Assembly (NCBI GenBank): GCA_963826715.1
Contig: CAWGYA010000008.1
Span: 832,001 to 896,000 of the forward strand
Length of the DNA stretch: 64,000 nucleotides
Source: Candidatus Bathyarchaeota archaeon
Lineage (GTDB): Archaea; Thermoproteota; Bathyarchaeia; Bathyarchaeales; Bathycorpusculaceae
Direction of reading: 5' to 3'
The translations under genes were made by a program, and so were the position numbers. This document shows, in pieces, positions 40,854 to 50,950 of the stretch (position 1 is the first letter of the stretch; the number at the start of each line of letters is the position of its first letter). The notes below the pieces were generated by a model. That model had not been told where the DNA came from. It saw nothing but the letters and a program-made list of their open reading frames with translations, and did not search any database.

Positions 40854-41738
40854 ATGAAAATTGGCTTAGTTACCTACAAACCCGAGTTCGTCGAAGGCTA
40901 TGATCTTCACGTTTACTATAGCAAATGGGCCGATGGTCAGGCATTTCCAGCAGCGAAAGGAATGCAAAACGATGTCACTGTTTTCTGCGACGCCAAAATC
41001 CTCCGCGAAGATCCAACAATGGTCTCTACCTCAAACAACGGTCCAGCACTACGTCGCAACAGAAGAAAAAACTTAGCTTTTGACTTCGTTTGCCCTACCC
41101 ATCCAAAATACCGAGCCAAAATTTTTGAATACCTCGACAACCTCTCAAAAGAAGACATTACCGGCATCACCTTAAACCTCTACCACTTCGCCGACGAAGG
41201 TTACTGTACATGCACAAGATGCACTGAACAACGCCAAAAAAGCGGGCTCGACTGGACCCAATGGCGAGCAAAAACCATTACTGAATTTCTATCTGAAGCC
41301 AAAACCCATACCAAAGGAACCTTCGCAGTGGAAATGTTCCCGGATCCAGTGCTTGCAAAAGAACGTTTTGGAATAGATTTTAACGCTATAGCCGATTTGG
41401 TTGATTACTTTCATGTGCCGCTCTCATCCCGAGATTACTTTACTAACTACTGGGTTGACACAATAGTTCGAGACTTTGTTGCAACGCTAAAAAAACCAGT
41501 TGTTGTAGAGTTAAGTTCTGAATTACCCACAGACGAAAAACTCGACGCCTTACTCAAAACTGTATGTTATATATCGCGCCATAACCTCATGGCGGTGCTG
41601 CTTTTAGTGCATGACTCAGAAAACGCCCGCCAAATAGCGCGGTTCGCAGTCCACAACAATGCCTTCCGTGAGTGGCTCGACACCTATGAATTCACAAAGA
41701 TGAAACAAATAGTGGATATTTGGGCTAAAATCTATTAA
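40854..41738 (+). CDS. Uncharacterised Cys-rich putative TIM-barrel protein B
   Basis: VCPTHP, HFADEGYCTCTRC, WRAKTITEF, PDP, NYW; paralog of protein A. Confidence 0.75.
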   Translation: MKIGLVTYKPEFVEGYDLHVYYSKWADGQAFPAAKGMQNDVTVFCDAKILREDPTMVSTSNNGPALRRNRRKNLAFDFVCPTHPKYRAKIFEYLDNLSKEDITGITLNLYHFADEGYCTCTRCTEQRQKSGLDWTQWRAKTITEFLSEAKTHTKGTFAVEMFPDPVLAKERFGIDFNAIADLVDYFHVPLSSRDYFTNYWVDTIVRDFVATLKKPVVVELSSELPTDEKLDALLKTVCYISRHNLMAVLLLVHDSENARQIARFAVHNNAFREWLDTYEFTKMKQIVDIWAKIY

Positions 41739-41783
41739 TTTGTTAATTTTCACCTTAAGTCGGATCAAACAGGACCTTGATGA

Positions 41784-42536
41784 TTAAGCTCTTTTAAGTT
41801 TGGCACGGTATACTTTAAGCCGTTCCATATCAAGATCCACCGTTAAAACAGAGTCTTCAGCTGCATCCGAAACCTCACCTAAAACTCCCCAGGGCGCAAT
41901 AATAGCGCTTCTGCCCCCTCGCATGTTTGAAGCAACATTGCCTACTTTTAGGACAAAAACGCCATACTCCCGCGCAATTGCTTCAGTCAACGGATGACCT
42001 TTTACAGTGGGATGAGTACCCATAGCAGCAACAGGAAGAGTAATAATTTCTGCCCTTAAAGCTGCGACTTTTTTAACAAGATCAGGATCAAAGCTGTCAG
42101 CACACACAATAAGACCGATTTTACCGACTTCCGTGTCCACCACAAGCGGAGTACTTCCTTTAGCTACTCCTGCCTTGATTTCTGCTTGAATTGGGTTGAT
42201 TTTTTTATATTTAGCCAGCAGTATCCCGTTTCGCCAGAAAGTACTTGTGTTGTAAAATTTTCCAAGATCTTCTTCAAGCACAGAACCGCCAAGAAGGAAG
42301 ATGTTCCCGATTTTCACGGATATGTCTTGAAGGAACTCGAGTGTCTTGTTGCAGGTTTCATAAGAGATTTTTGGTGCATCTGTGAACTCTGCCATGCAGT
42401 TGGGCACAGTGAAGTACTCGGGAAGCGCGATTAGAGCAGGGTTTTCTTTGCTTGCTTTGAGAACTGCATTCTTGGCTGCCAAGATGTTTTTTTCCAGGTT
42501 TTCGCGGATTTCCATGTGGAGCAAACTGACTTTCAC
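41784..42536 (-). CDS. Carbon-nitrogen hydrolase (nitrilase family)
   Basis: ALPEYF (Glu), YKKIN (Lys), IVCAD (Cys); GRSAIIAPWG. Confidence 0.9.
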   Translation of the reverse strand: MKVSLLHMEIRENLEKNILAAKNAVLKASKENPALIALPEYFTVPNCMAEFTDAPKISYETCNKTLEFLQDISVKIGNIFLLGGSVLEEDLGKFYNTSTFWRNGILLAKYKKINPIQAEIKAGVAKGSTPLVVDTEVGKIGLIVCADSFDPDLVKKVAALRAEIITLPVAAMGTHPTVKGHPLTEAIAREYGVFVLKVGNVASNMRGGRSAIIAPWGVLGEVSDAAEDSVLTVDLDMERLKVYRAKLKRA

Positions 42537-42848
42537 TATTCAACCCTCTTTTTATTGTGAGAAGGTTCTTTATCTATTAAATCTGCTGTTGACTGTTTTT
42601 TTTTACCGTATACTTTTGATTATGTTGAATCTCTGAATGGCGATTCATATTAAGCATCTTTTGTTTGATTGAAGTTATTTTTGGCATGGTTGTTTGACTT
42701 TTTACCGGGTTTTAAATTAAATATTATCATTTGTTTAGAATTTATTGTGCTTTCAGCACATATGTTTAATAAATGTTGCCTTTTGTAGGCATAAGTAAAA
42801 CTATATATAGGTGGGAAACGACAGACAGGGTAATATCGAGGGAGAGAA

Positions 42849-43832
42849 ATGACCCTTAATGAATCAGAAGTAAGTAAACTCTTGCCAGACATCCGAACCC
42901 TGGTAAACAAAGTTGTCAAAAAAAATATCGCTGACGGTTTCCTCTTCTCCGCTGGAACCGACACCCAAATCATTGCCTACGAAGCAGTTAAGTACAAACC
43001 TGACATCCAATGCCTCACCTTAGCCTTCAAACATGGTCAACCAAAAGACACAGAATATGTCAAAAAAATGGTTGACCTTCTCCATCTAAAACATGAAACC
43101 TACCAATTCGGCAAAGAAGACGTCTTCAAATTTTACCCAAAAGTCGTAGAAGCACTTAAAAAATACGATCCAATGGAAATCCGCAACAGCCTCCCCGTCT
43201 ACATCGGCTTAACCCTACTAAAACCCAAGGGAATCAAAACCGTTTTCACTGGCGACGCACTTGACGAACTTTTCGGCTATCCATGGCAATTCCATCTAAG
43301 TGAAGAACAATTCGCAATTAAGCAGCAGGAAATGTGGGCCGAAATGGGCTTCTCCTCGTTCCCTATGGCAGAATCTCTTGGAATGCAAATCAAGGCTCCT
43401 TACAGAGACCCTGAATTTATGGATTGGGCAATGAAACTGCCAATTAAATACAAGATTAACATGCACAACGGCGTAAAATACGGCAAATGGATCCTACGCA
43501 AAGCCTATGAGGACGTTATTCCAAAAGACATAATCTGGAGACCAAAAGCCCCTCTTGAAGCCGGAACCGGAACCGAAACATTGCGCACCTACTTTAACGA
43601 CATGATATCCGACCAAGAGTTCACTGAAAAGAAAACAGCCATCAAAGAAGCTGACGACGTAGAAATCCAAGACAAAGAACAACTTCTCTACTACGAAGTA
43701 TTCAGAGCGAAATTCGGCAAACCCAAAGATGTATTTCCCAAAGTTGAAGACGCTATCCAATGCCCCAAATGCAAGAGCTACATAAAAACTAAAATCCAGT
43801 TCTGCAAAACCTGCGGAGCTTACCCCATCTAA
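42849..43832 (+). CDS. Asparagine-synthase C-terminal-domain protein (no glutaminase domain) with terminal zinc ribbon
   Basis: PP-loop variant FSAGTDT, FTGDALDELFGY, APY, KWILRKAY, WRPKAP..GTG; CPKC...CKTC. Confidence 0.85.
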   Translation: MTLNESEVSKLLPDIRTLVNKVVKKNIADGFLFSAGTDTQIIAYEAVKYKPDIQCLTLAFKHGQPKDTEYVKKMVDLLHLKHETYQFGKEDVFKFYPKVVEALKKYDPMEIRNSLPVYIGLTLLKPKGIKTVFTGDALDELFGYPWQFHLSEEQFAIKQQEMWAEMGFSSFPMAESLGMQIKAPYRDPEFMDWAMKLPIKYKINMHNGVKYGKWILRKAYEDVIPKDIIWRPKAPLEAGTGTETLRTYFNDMISDQEFTEKKTAIKEADDVEIQDKEQLLYYEVFRAKFGKPKDVFPKVEDAIQCPKCKSYIKTKIQFCKTCGAYPI

Positions 43833-43859
43833 ACTTTTCTTCTTTTTTTAGAAAAAAAA

Positions 43860-44720
43860 TTAATTTGTTGATTTGGGTTTAGAGCGGCTTATCACTACAA
43901 CAATAACTATTCCCATGAAAATTATTGCTGCAACAGCCAAGATGACCACCAAGGTAATTGTTGATACTGCAAAACCAGGTACTGTCGGTGAAGGTTGAGT
44001 TGAAGGCATAACTGTAACAGTGGGTTTAGGCGTTTGAATCGCAGGTGTAGACGTAGGAGTTGGAGTGGTTGTTGGAGTAGACGTTGTTGTTATGGGTATT
44101 TTAACCCAGAAACTTGTGGTTGCAGTGTTACCAGCTTCATCAGTAATGGTTAACGCCCCAGTGAAGTTTCCATAAGTACTGTATGCATGGGTTACTGTCA
44201 TTCCGTTTGTGGTATTGCCGTCGCCGAAATTCCAAACATAACTTACTATACCTATGTTGTCTTCGCTATAGCTTCCATCAAACAATAACTCGTTATTCTC
44301 AACAGAAGAAACCTTTATGGTCATGAATGGTAAAGGTGGAACGGGATCAACGATAACTGTTGCTGAAGCAGACACGATTTGGTTTGAGGTATCGAAATTT
44401 ACAAAGACGGTTTTTTGGGCAGCGTCTGCACCTTCGGGAAGATCGGATAGATTCCACACTCTTGTGGTATCATATGGTTCCCAATCTGACCATGTGGTGT
44501 TGTCGTTGGAGAACTGCATGTCAACTGCGCTTTCGCATGACAGGTTGAGCGTAACGGTTGTAGAGTTGGTGTAGCCTGATCCATTGTTGATAATTACTGT
44601 TCCAGTTATTTGAGCTACAACTTCGGGAGAAAAGAACCCGTTGATCGCTATAGTTACAGACAAAATTATGGCTAAGGTAACAAGAACAAGAGCTGACTTG
44701 GAGATTCTAAATGGTGCCAT
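43860..44720 (-). CDS. Secreted, membrane-anchored PKD-domain protein
   Basis: Signal-like N-terminus, SYVWNFGDG, Thr/Pro linker, C-terminal TM. Confidence 0.85.
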   Translation of the reverse strand: MAPFRISKSALVLVTLAIILSVTIAINGFFSPEVVAQITGTVIINNGSGYTNSTTVTLNLSCESAVDMQFSNDNTTWSDWEPYDTTRVWNLSDLPEGADAAQKTVFVNFDTSNQIVSASATVIVDPVPPLPFMTIKVSSVENNELLFDGSYSEDNIGIVSYVWNFGDGNTTNGMTVTHAYSTYGNFTGALTITDEAGNTATTSFWVKIPITTTSTPTTTPTPTSTPAIQTPKPTVTVMPSTQPSPTVPGFAVSTITLVVILAVAAIIFMGIVIVVVISRSKPKSTN

Positions 44721-44864
44721 GGCTAATACCTTTCATTGACATTGTCACCTCCGAGTTGGTTATAAAATTTGCCCAGAATTTATCCCAAAGAAAAGTCTAT
44801 TTTTTGAGAAAGACTTAATTCTCCAAGCCAATTATTTCACTGAAACGACGAGAGGCTAAAAAAA

Positions 44865-45914
44865 TTGGCTAACCTATCTCAACTCAAGTTTGCAATGGCA
44901 ACTTCGATTTTCCTTTCGGCGTTTATTTTTGGACTTTTTGTTTTTGCTATAGTTTACCTATTACAACTGGACACTTTAACTGGGTTATTAATTGCTCTAA
45001 GTGGCTCAGGGCTCTTCATACTCTTCCAATATGCAGTCGGACCTGCAATAGTTTCCGCAACCACTCACCTTCATTATCTCAAACCTGGCGAGAACCCTTG
45101 GCTTGAGCGAACCGTTAAAGAATTAGCAGACAAAACAGGGTTGCCTATGCCTAGATTAGCGACGGTGCCAAGCAACACGCCTAACGCTTTCACCTTTGGT
45201 AGAACCACAACTAGCGCCACATTAGCCGTCCACCAGGGGCTTTTGCAACAATTAAACCAAGAAGAAGTCCGAACTGTGCTCGCCCATGAGCTAGGGCATA
45301 TTAAACATAAAGACTACATCGTAATGACGGTGCTTTCTACTTTGCCATTAATTGCCTATTACATTGCTCAATTAACTTTGTATGCAGGCATTTTCAGCGG
45401 TGGTTCCAGACGGAGAAATGACCGCGATAATAGTGGTTTAATCATTATAGCCATAGGAGCCATTTCATTTGCTGTTTACATAATTACTTCCCTTATTGTC
45501 ATGCGCTTAAGCCGTCTACGAGAGCACTATGCAGATGCATTTTCAGCATACCTCACAAATTCACCCCGAGGCTTAGAGAGCGCCTTGGCAAAGATAACAT
45601 ATGGCCTCTCAATTTCGCCGAAACCCCCTGAGGGAGCACGAGCTTTCTACATTGAAGACCCGAGCATGGCAAAAAGGGAAATCTCGCAGATAATGGCTAA
45701 GAAAAACCAGTATGACCTCGACCAAGATGGTGTCCTCGACGAACGGGAACTCCAGTTAGCGATGGAAAAAGAAGCCAAATCAACCTGGGTGCAGATGAAC
45801 AATCTATTTGCAACCCATCCACCTACCTTTAAACGCATTTTACTTTTACGGGAAATTGAGACAGAAATGGACACCGGAAAATACAGCAGTAATAATATGT
45901 ATGTCCATGTCTGA
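44865..45914 (+). CDS. htpX: M48 zinc metalloprotease
   Basis: PNAFTFG, AHELGH, SRLREHYAD, ALAKI, FATHPP. Confidence 0.9.
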   Translation: MANLSQLKFAMATSIFLSAFIFGLFVFAIVYLLQLDTLTGLLIALSGSGLFILFQYAVGPAIVSATTHLHYLKPGENPWLERTVKELADKTGLPMPRLATVPSNTPNAFTFGRTTTSATLAVHQGLLQQLNQEEVRTVLAHELGHIKHKDYIVMTVLSTLPLIAYYIAQLTLYAGIFSGGSRRRNDRDNSGLIIIAIGAISFAVYIITSLIVMRLSRLREHYADAFSAYLTNSPRGLESALAKITYGLSISPKPPEGARAFYIEDPSMAKREISQIMAKKNQYDLDQDGVLDERELQLAMEKEAKSTWVQMNNLFATHPPTFKRILLLREIETEMDTGKYSSNNMYVHV

Positions 45915-46007
45915 CCCCATTTTAGATTAAAACTCCAAAGATTTATGCGAAGACTAATATTTGTGTAAAATCGAATAGATGGGTAAAACCCAAAAAAGGG
46001 TATTGAC

Positions 46008-46214
46008 ATGGTGAATTATTGTCCTGAATGCGGCGGAGAAATGCATTACATATCACTGACTAAACATTACGTCTGCAAAAGCTGCGGCTTATCTTGCACT
46101 GGGCAGGAACTCAACGACATGCATGACAAGAACAGACCAGCCGATGAAACTGACGAAGAAGCCAGCCAAGCCCGCCGAAAAGAATACCTCAAATGGTATC
46201 TTAGCAAAAAATAG
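46008..46214 (+). CDS. Small zinc-ribbon protein
   Basis: CPECGG...YVCKSCG; EYLKWYL tail. Confidence 0.75.
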   Translation: MVNYCPECGGEMHYISLTKHYVCKSCGLSCTGQELNDMHDKNRPADETDEEASQARRKEYLKWYLSKK

Positions 46215-46317
46215 TTGACTCTCAAACTGAGAAGCGACTTTTCTTAGTATTGACTCTGTATCTAAGACTGGGAAGGCTACTTAAGAAACCCCGAATTAAT
46301 ATTCAGCGGCGAAGTGT

Positions 46318-47130
46318 TTGGTAGTTGACATAGAAGTAATATGTATTGGCAACGAACTTCTTATTGGAAAAGTTGAAAACACCAATGCTCATTGGATAGC
46401 ACAGCAAGTTACAACTTTAGGAGCAAACTTGAAACGGATAACAGTTATCTCTGACATAGTTGAAGAAATAGCAGCCGCAATTCTCGAAGCCAAAGCCCGC
46501 AAACCCCAAATCATTATTACCACAGGCGGCTTAGGACCCACTTTTGACGACAAAACCCTGCAGGGACTCGCTGAAGCCCTTAGTCAACCGCTGATGGTTA
46601 ATAATATAGCCCTTGAGATGGTTAAGCAAAAATGCCTCGAATATGCAAATAAAAGAGGTATCCCCACTGAAATCGAAATGACTTCGCCACGACTGAAAAT
46701 GGCAACCTTCCCCGAAACCGCCCAACCCGTTACCAACTTAATTGGTACTGCACCAGCCGCTAGAGCAGCGCTGGATTCAACGGTTTTGTTTGCCCTTCCT
46801 GGGGTGCCCGTGGAGATGGAGGCGATTTTTACTCAAACCATTGCACCTATGATTAGGCAGCTTGTAGGCGAAGTGGTTTTTTGTGAACACAGCTTGTTTA
46901 CAGTGGGAATTTTTGAGTCTCGCTTGGCGCCGCTAATCGATTTGGTGATGGCGGATAATTTTGGAGTTTATGTTAAGTCTCATCCGATACGTAGCGACAG
47001 TAAGCCAGGGGTGGAGTTGCACTTGAGTATTAGAGCTCCCATTGAGAATAAGCCAGTTGAAGTACTGCTCAAAGCATCAAGGGCGCTTTCTGCGTTAATT
47101 GAAGCAAACTGCGGCACTGTTCAGCCTTAA
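46318..47130 (+). CDS. CinA-like molybdopterin-binding-domain protein
   Basis: IGNELLIG, NTNAHWI, TGGLGPTFDDKT, GTAP, LPGVPVEM, YVKSHP. Confidence 0.88.
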   Translation: MVVDIEVICIGNELLIGKVENTNAHWIAQQVTTLGANLKRITVISDIVEEIAAAILEAKARKPQIIITTGGLGPTFDDKTLQGLAEALSQPLMVNNIALEMVKQKCLEYANKRGIPTEIEMTSPRLKMATFPETAQPVTNLIGTAPAARAALDSTVLFALPGVPVEMEAIFTQTIAPMIRQLVGEVVFCEHSLFTVGIFESRLAPLIDLVMADNFGVYVKSHPIRSDSKPGVELHLSIRAPIENKPVEVLLKASRALSALIEANCGTVQP

Positions 47131-47188
47131 TTGTTAGGTTTAAATTGGGAATAACCATTTAAGGCAAAAAGTAATTTGAGAAAATAGA

Positions 47189-48409
47189 TTGGCTGGCTGT
47201 TCAGTGCGCACAACAAAGAGTTATCTTAAGGCGATAAGCCTAACCCTATTGGTGGTTTTTTGTATTTCAATAGTTCCGGTTGGAAGATCAGAGGGGCAAT
47301 CTCAGGTTTACACAAGCTCTTTTCTGCTTCTTAACCGTTCCGATGGTAATTTGACCTACCAGCTAAACGTAACTATTCCCTTTACCCTTTTCCAATACTA
47401 CACTTACCAGAATCATGCGCTGTTTTCAGATGCAGACTTCCGAAAATATGTCACTCCCTTTACCCTCAAACCTATCGCGGATCGCCTATGGCAAATCTAC
47501 AACAATACTGAAGACTTCACCAACGGCGTTTTGATGCTGGTTCATCAGATAACCTACGAGGAAACAGATCCCGGCAAGTATCCAGTGGAAACGCTGGTTG
47601 CAGGCAAAGGTGACTGCGACCTTTTCGTATACATCGCCGCGTCGATTCTTGAAGCCGGCGGAATTCATACCGTACTCCTATACTATAAGGACCAGCTACA
47701 CATGGAACTCGGAGTAGATATAGGATACACGCCTACAGATGTCCGATCAAAAGTTTACCAAATTGAATTCCAAAATGCTTCTTACTATATTGGGGAGTGC
47801 ACTGGAGGAAAATGGCGAGAAGGTTGGCGCATTGGAGAATGTCCAACCGATTACCAAAACGTAACTGCTCAGATTATCTCGCTTCAAGATATAGCGAGTT
47901 CTTCATTTGGACAAGTTAGTGCGAATCTAAGAGAACTCGACTCCAGCACTCTGTCGATTGGAGTATCCTCTACTTTTATGTTTGAAGGTTACCAGTTAAT
48001 CTTGAGCGGACAAATACTCCCTAAAGTTGCAGGAGAAAACGTAACGCTGCAAGCAAATCTGAATGGCGGCGGCTGGAAAAACATAGGTAATGTTGAAACC
48101 CAGGCCGATGGACGATTCAGCTACACCTGGACACCACCCACAGGTACAGTCGAGGTTCAAGCCAGCTGGATAGGCAACGAAGAATTTAACGGCGCGTCGA
48201 GCTCAAAAAATAGCTTAATCATTTTGCCCTATTATTTCGTCCCGCTTATTTTGACTGCGATTTTAGCGTTTATGATCGTCACTTTAGGGTTAATAGTTAC
48301 CCGGCGCAGAAAATCGCCAATGTCATCTCAACCGGCACCGGTATCAACTGATATTTCTTCGCAGCAAACGCTTAAAACAAATCGAAGGGGGCAATTGGTG
48401 GAAACATGA
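47189..48409 (+). CDS. Secreted transglutaminase-like protein with Ig-like domain and C-terminal anchor
   Basis: YPVETL..GKGDCD, HMELGV, YIGECT; DGRFSYTWTP; terminal TM. Confidence 0.8.
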   Translation: MAGCSVRTTKSYLKAISLTLLVVFCISIVPVGRSEGQSQVYTSSFLLLNRSDGNLTYQLNVTIPFTLFQYYTYQNHALFSDADFRKYVTPFTLKPIADRLWQIYNNTEDFTNGVLMLVHQITYEETDPGKYPVETLVAGKGDCDLFVYIAASILEAGGIHTVLLYYKDQLHMELGVDIGYTPTDVRSKVYQIEFQNASYYIGECTGGKWREGWRIGECPTDYQNVTAQIISLQDIASSSFGQVSANLRELDSSTLSIGVSSTFMFEGYQLILSGQILPKVAGENVTLQANLNGGGWKNIGNVETQADGRFSYTWTPPTGTVEVQASWIGNEEFNGASSSKNSLIILPYYFVPLILTAILAFMIVTLGLIVTRRRKSPMSSQPAPVSTDISSQQTLKTNRRGQLVET

Positions 48410-48549
48410 ACTATCAGAAAGTTTCTAGGTCTATTCTGCTATAGTTTTATACATTTAAAATTCCAAAAGAGAATTGAAAATCCATTACTCTACTGTTCCA
48501 AAAAATATTATTGATTGGTTTCTGAAAAACCTAAAAAATAAAAGAAAAG

Positions 48550-49725
48550 TTAGGCTTTGGTTGTCTCAAGGGCTTTCTTGAGAATCTCAGCCTTATCAGT
48601 GCGTTCCCAAGGAAACTCGACGTCGTCTCGTCCAAAGTGACCAAAGCAGGCTGTTTTCTTGTAGATGGGGCGTAACAAGTCAAGTTGAGCGATGAGCCCT
48701 CGGGGGCGCATATCAAAGTTTTCCTTGACGAGTTCAAGGATTTTTTCATCTGCAAGTTTCCCAGTTTCAAAAGTATTAACCAGAACTGAGATAGGCTGTG
48801 CAATACCTATAGCATAGCTGATTTGAACTTCACATTGCTCGGCTAACCCTGAAGCAACCACGTTTTTAGCGATATAACGCGCCATGTAACAGCCACTACG
48901 GTCAACTTTAGAGGGGTCTTTACCGCTGAAACAGCCACCGCCGTGGCTTCCGACGCCTCCATAGGTGTCCACTATGATTTTGCGCCCGGTTAAGCCTGAG
49001 TCTGCTAGAGTTCCGCCAATGACGAAGCGACCTGTGCCATTGATAACATAGTTCACCTCTGGTGACAGAAGTTCAGCCGGGATGACGCATTTGATTACTT
49101 TCTCAATTATTTGCTTTTTTAGTACAGCATCTTCTACTGAGCCGTTGTTTTGCGCTGCAATGACGACGGTTTTGACGCATTTAGGTTTGCCGTTTTCATA
49201 TTCTACTGTAACTTGGGATTTGCAGTCTGGCCGCAAATATGGCATGGTTCCATTCTTTCTGACATCCGCAAGGCGCTTAACAAGCCTATGCGCAAGCAGA
49301 ATCGGTAAGGGCATGAGTTCTTTGGTTTCGTTGGAGGCATAGCCGAAAACCATGCCTTGGTCCCCTGCGCCTTGCTCGTGGCCATTGAATTCGTTAACGC
49401 CCATGGCAATGTCGGGCGATTGCTCAGTTAATGAAACGAGTATGCCACAGGTTTCCCAATCTAAACCATCTTTGGCGTTGTCAAACCCGATTTCTCTTAA
49501 GGTTTTTCGAACAACCTTGGGGATGTTTACGTAGGTAGAGGTTGTGATTTGACCTGTAATAACCACGGTTCCTTGCATAACAAGGGTTTCACAGTCAACG
49601 CGCGCTTTGGGGTCATGAGAAAAAATCTCGTCTAAGACACTGTCGGATACTTGGTCAGCAACTTTGTCAGGGTGACCTTCTCCGACCGATTCAGATGTGA
49701 ACAAATATGTTCCTTTTTTTTTCAT
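48550..49725 (-). CDS. metK: S-adenosylmethionine synthetase, bacterial/eukaryote-type
   Basis: [61 protein letters not shown]. Confidence 0.96.
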   Translation of the reverse strand: MKKKGTYLFTSESVGEGHPDKVADQVSDSVLDEIFSHDPKARVDCETLVMQGTVVITGQITTSTYVNIPKVVRKTLREIGFDNAKDGLDWETCGILVSLTEQSPDIAMGVNEFNGHEQGAGDQGMVFGYASNETKELMPLPILLAHRLVKRLADVRKNGTMPYLRPDCKSQVTVEYENGKPKCVKTVVIAAQNNGSVEDAVLKKQIIEKVIKCVIPAELLSPEVNYVINGTGRFVIGGTLADSGLTGRKIIVDTYGGVGSHGGGCFSGKDPSKVDRSGCYMARYIAKNVVASGLAEQCEVQISYAIGIAQPISVLVNTFETGKLADEKILELVKENFDMRPRGLIAQLDLLRPIYKKTACFGHFGRDDVEFPWERTDKAEILKKALETTKA

Positions 49726-49880
49726 TGGATATCCATCCAGATTATAGTAGGTATATAGGTAACCTGGCAGTTTTCTTATATGCCTTTTTGACAAAAATAT
49801 TCCAAACGAAATATTTCTAGTACATTCTATTCCAAAAACAATTTAAAGATCCATCCGCCTTCAAACAATAATGGTGTCCG

Positions 49881-50261
49881 ATGAGAAAAAATATCCACAC
49901 TATGAATGCACCTAACCCACTTGGACACTATAATCAAGCTGTGAAAGCAGGAGGTTTTCTGTTTATTTCGGGACAACTTCCTATTGAATCAAAAAACGGC
50001 AATCTTGCATCGGTGGATATTGAGGGGCAGACGAAGCAGGTTATTGAAAACGTTAAAGCAATTCTTGAAGAGGCAGGTTGCACATTAAAGGATGTAGTGA
50101 ATGTTACTGTTTACCTCTCTTCAATGAAGGTTTTCGATGATTTCAACCGTGAATACGCCAAGTATTTCCCGGAGGATTTTCCTGCAAGGGCAGTTATCGG
50201 TGGGGTCGAACTTAAAGCAGGAGCTCTTTTGATGGTTTCCGGTGTTGCCTGGCGAGAGTAG
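49881..50261 (+). CDS. RidA/YjgF family protein
   Basis: GHYNQAV, FISGQLP, FNREY..YF...PAR. Confidence 0.9.
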   Translation: MRKNIHTMNAPNPLGHYNQAVKAGGFLFISGQLPIESKNGNLASVDIEGQTKQVIENVKAILEEAGCTLKDVVNVTVYLSSMKVFDDFNREYAKYFPEDFPARAVIGGVELKAGALLMVSGVAWRE

Positions 50262-50320
50262 AATTCAATTTGATAAATTATTAAAAGCTAGTTTCTCTCT
50301 AATACTCTGCAGGCGAAAAC

Positions 50321-50950
50321 ATGGCGGTATCGTTAAAGAAATTTATGCAGGAACTTTCTGGCAAAAAAGCCCCAGGTCCCTCAACGACCTTTACTATTTT
50401 CCATGTTTTCTATGCGTTGGATCTCCTATCACAAAAATCCCTGGGCAGAAACAAACTTGCCGAGAAACTACATGTTGGCGATGGAGCAGTCCGCACCATA
50501 ATAAGCCGCCTAAAAGACGCCGAATTAATTGAAACATCCAAGGAAGGCTGCATTTTAACCGAGAATGGCAAAAAAATCTGGATACAATTCGAAGAAATCT
50601 TCCCCTGCAGAGTGGCTTTACCTAAATCGGAGCTTTACACTTCCCCGTTTAATTATGCTTTCTTGGTGAAGAACAGCGGTAAGAAAGTCTCCTCAGGCAT
50701 CGATCAACGCGACGCTGCCATTATCGCAGGGGCACGCAATGCGTTGGTTATAGTCTGCAAAGAGGGACGTTTATGTATAGAGTCAGTAAGCAGTGACATT
50801 GCGAAGCACTATGGGAGGGCTGCAGAGGAGATTATAGAGCAACTAAAACCGCAGGAAAACGATGTGGTTATAGTGGCTGGTGCAGAGTCGGCTTTTAAGG
50901 CTAAGCGGGGTGCTTTTGCCGCCGGCTGGTCTCTGATTAGCAGTAGTTAA
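50321..50950 (+). CDS. wHTH + DUF4443-like protein
   Basis: GRNKLAEKL..GDGAVRTII.RL, GIDQRDAAI.AGA. Confidence 0.8.
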   Translation: MAVSLKKFMQELSGKKAPGPSTTFTIFHVFYALDLLSQKSLGRNKLAEKLHVGDGAVRTIISRLKDAELIETSKEGCILTENGKKIWIQFEEIFPCRVALPKSELYTSPFNYAFLVKNSGKKVSSGIDQRDAAIIAGARNALVIVCKEGRLCIESVSSDIAKHYGRAAEEIIEQLKPQENDVVIVAGAESAFKAKRGAFAAGWSLISSS

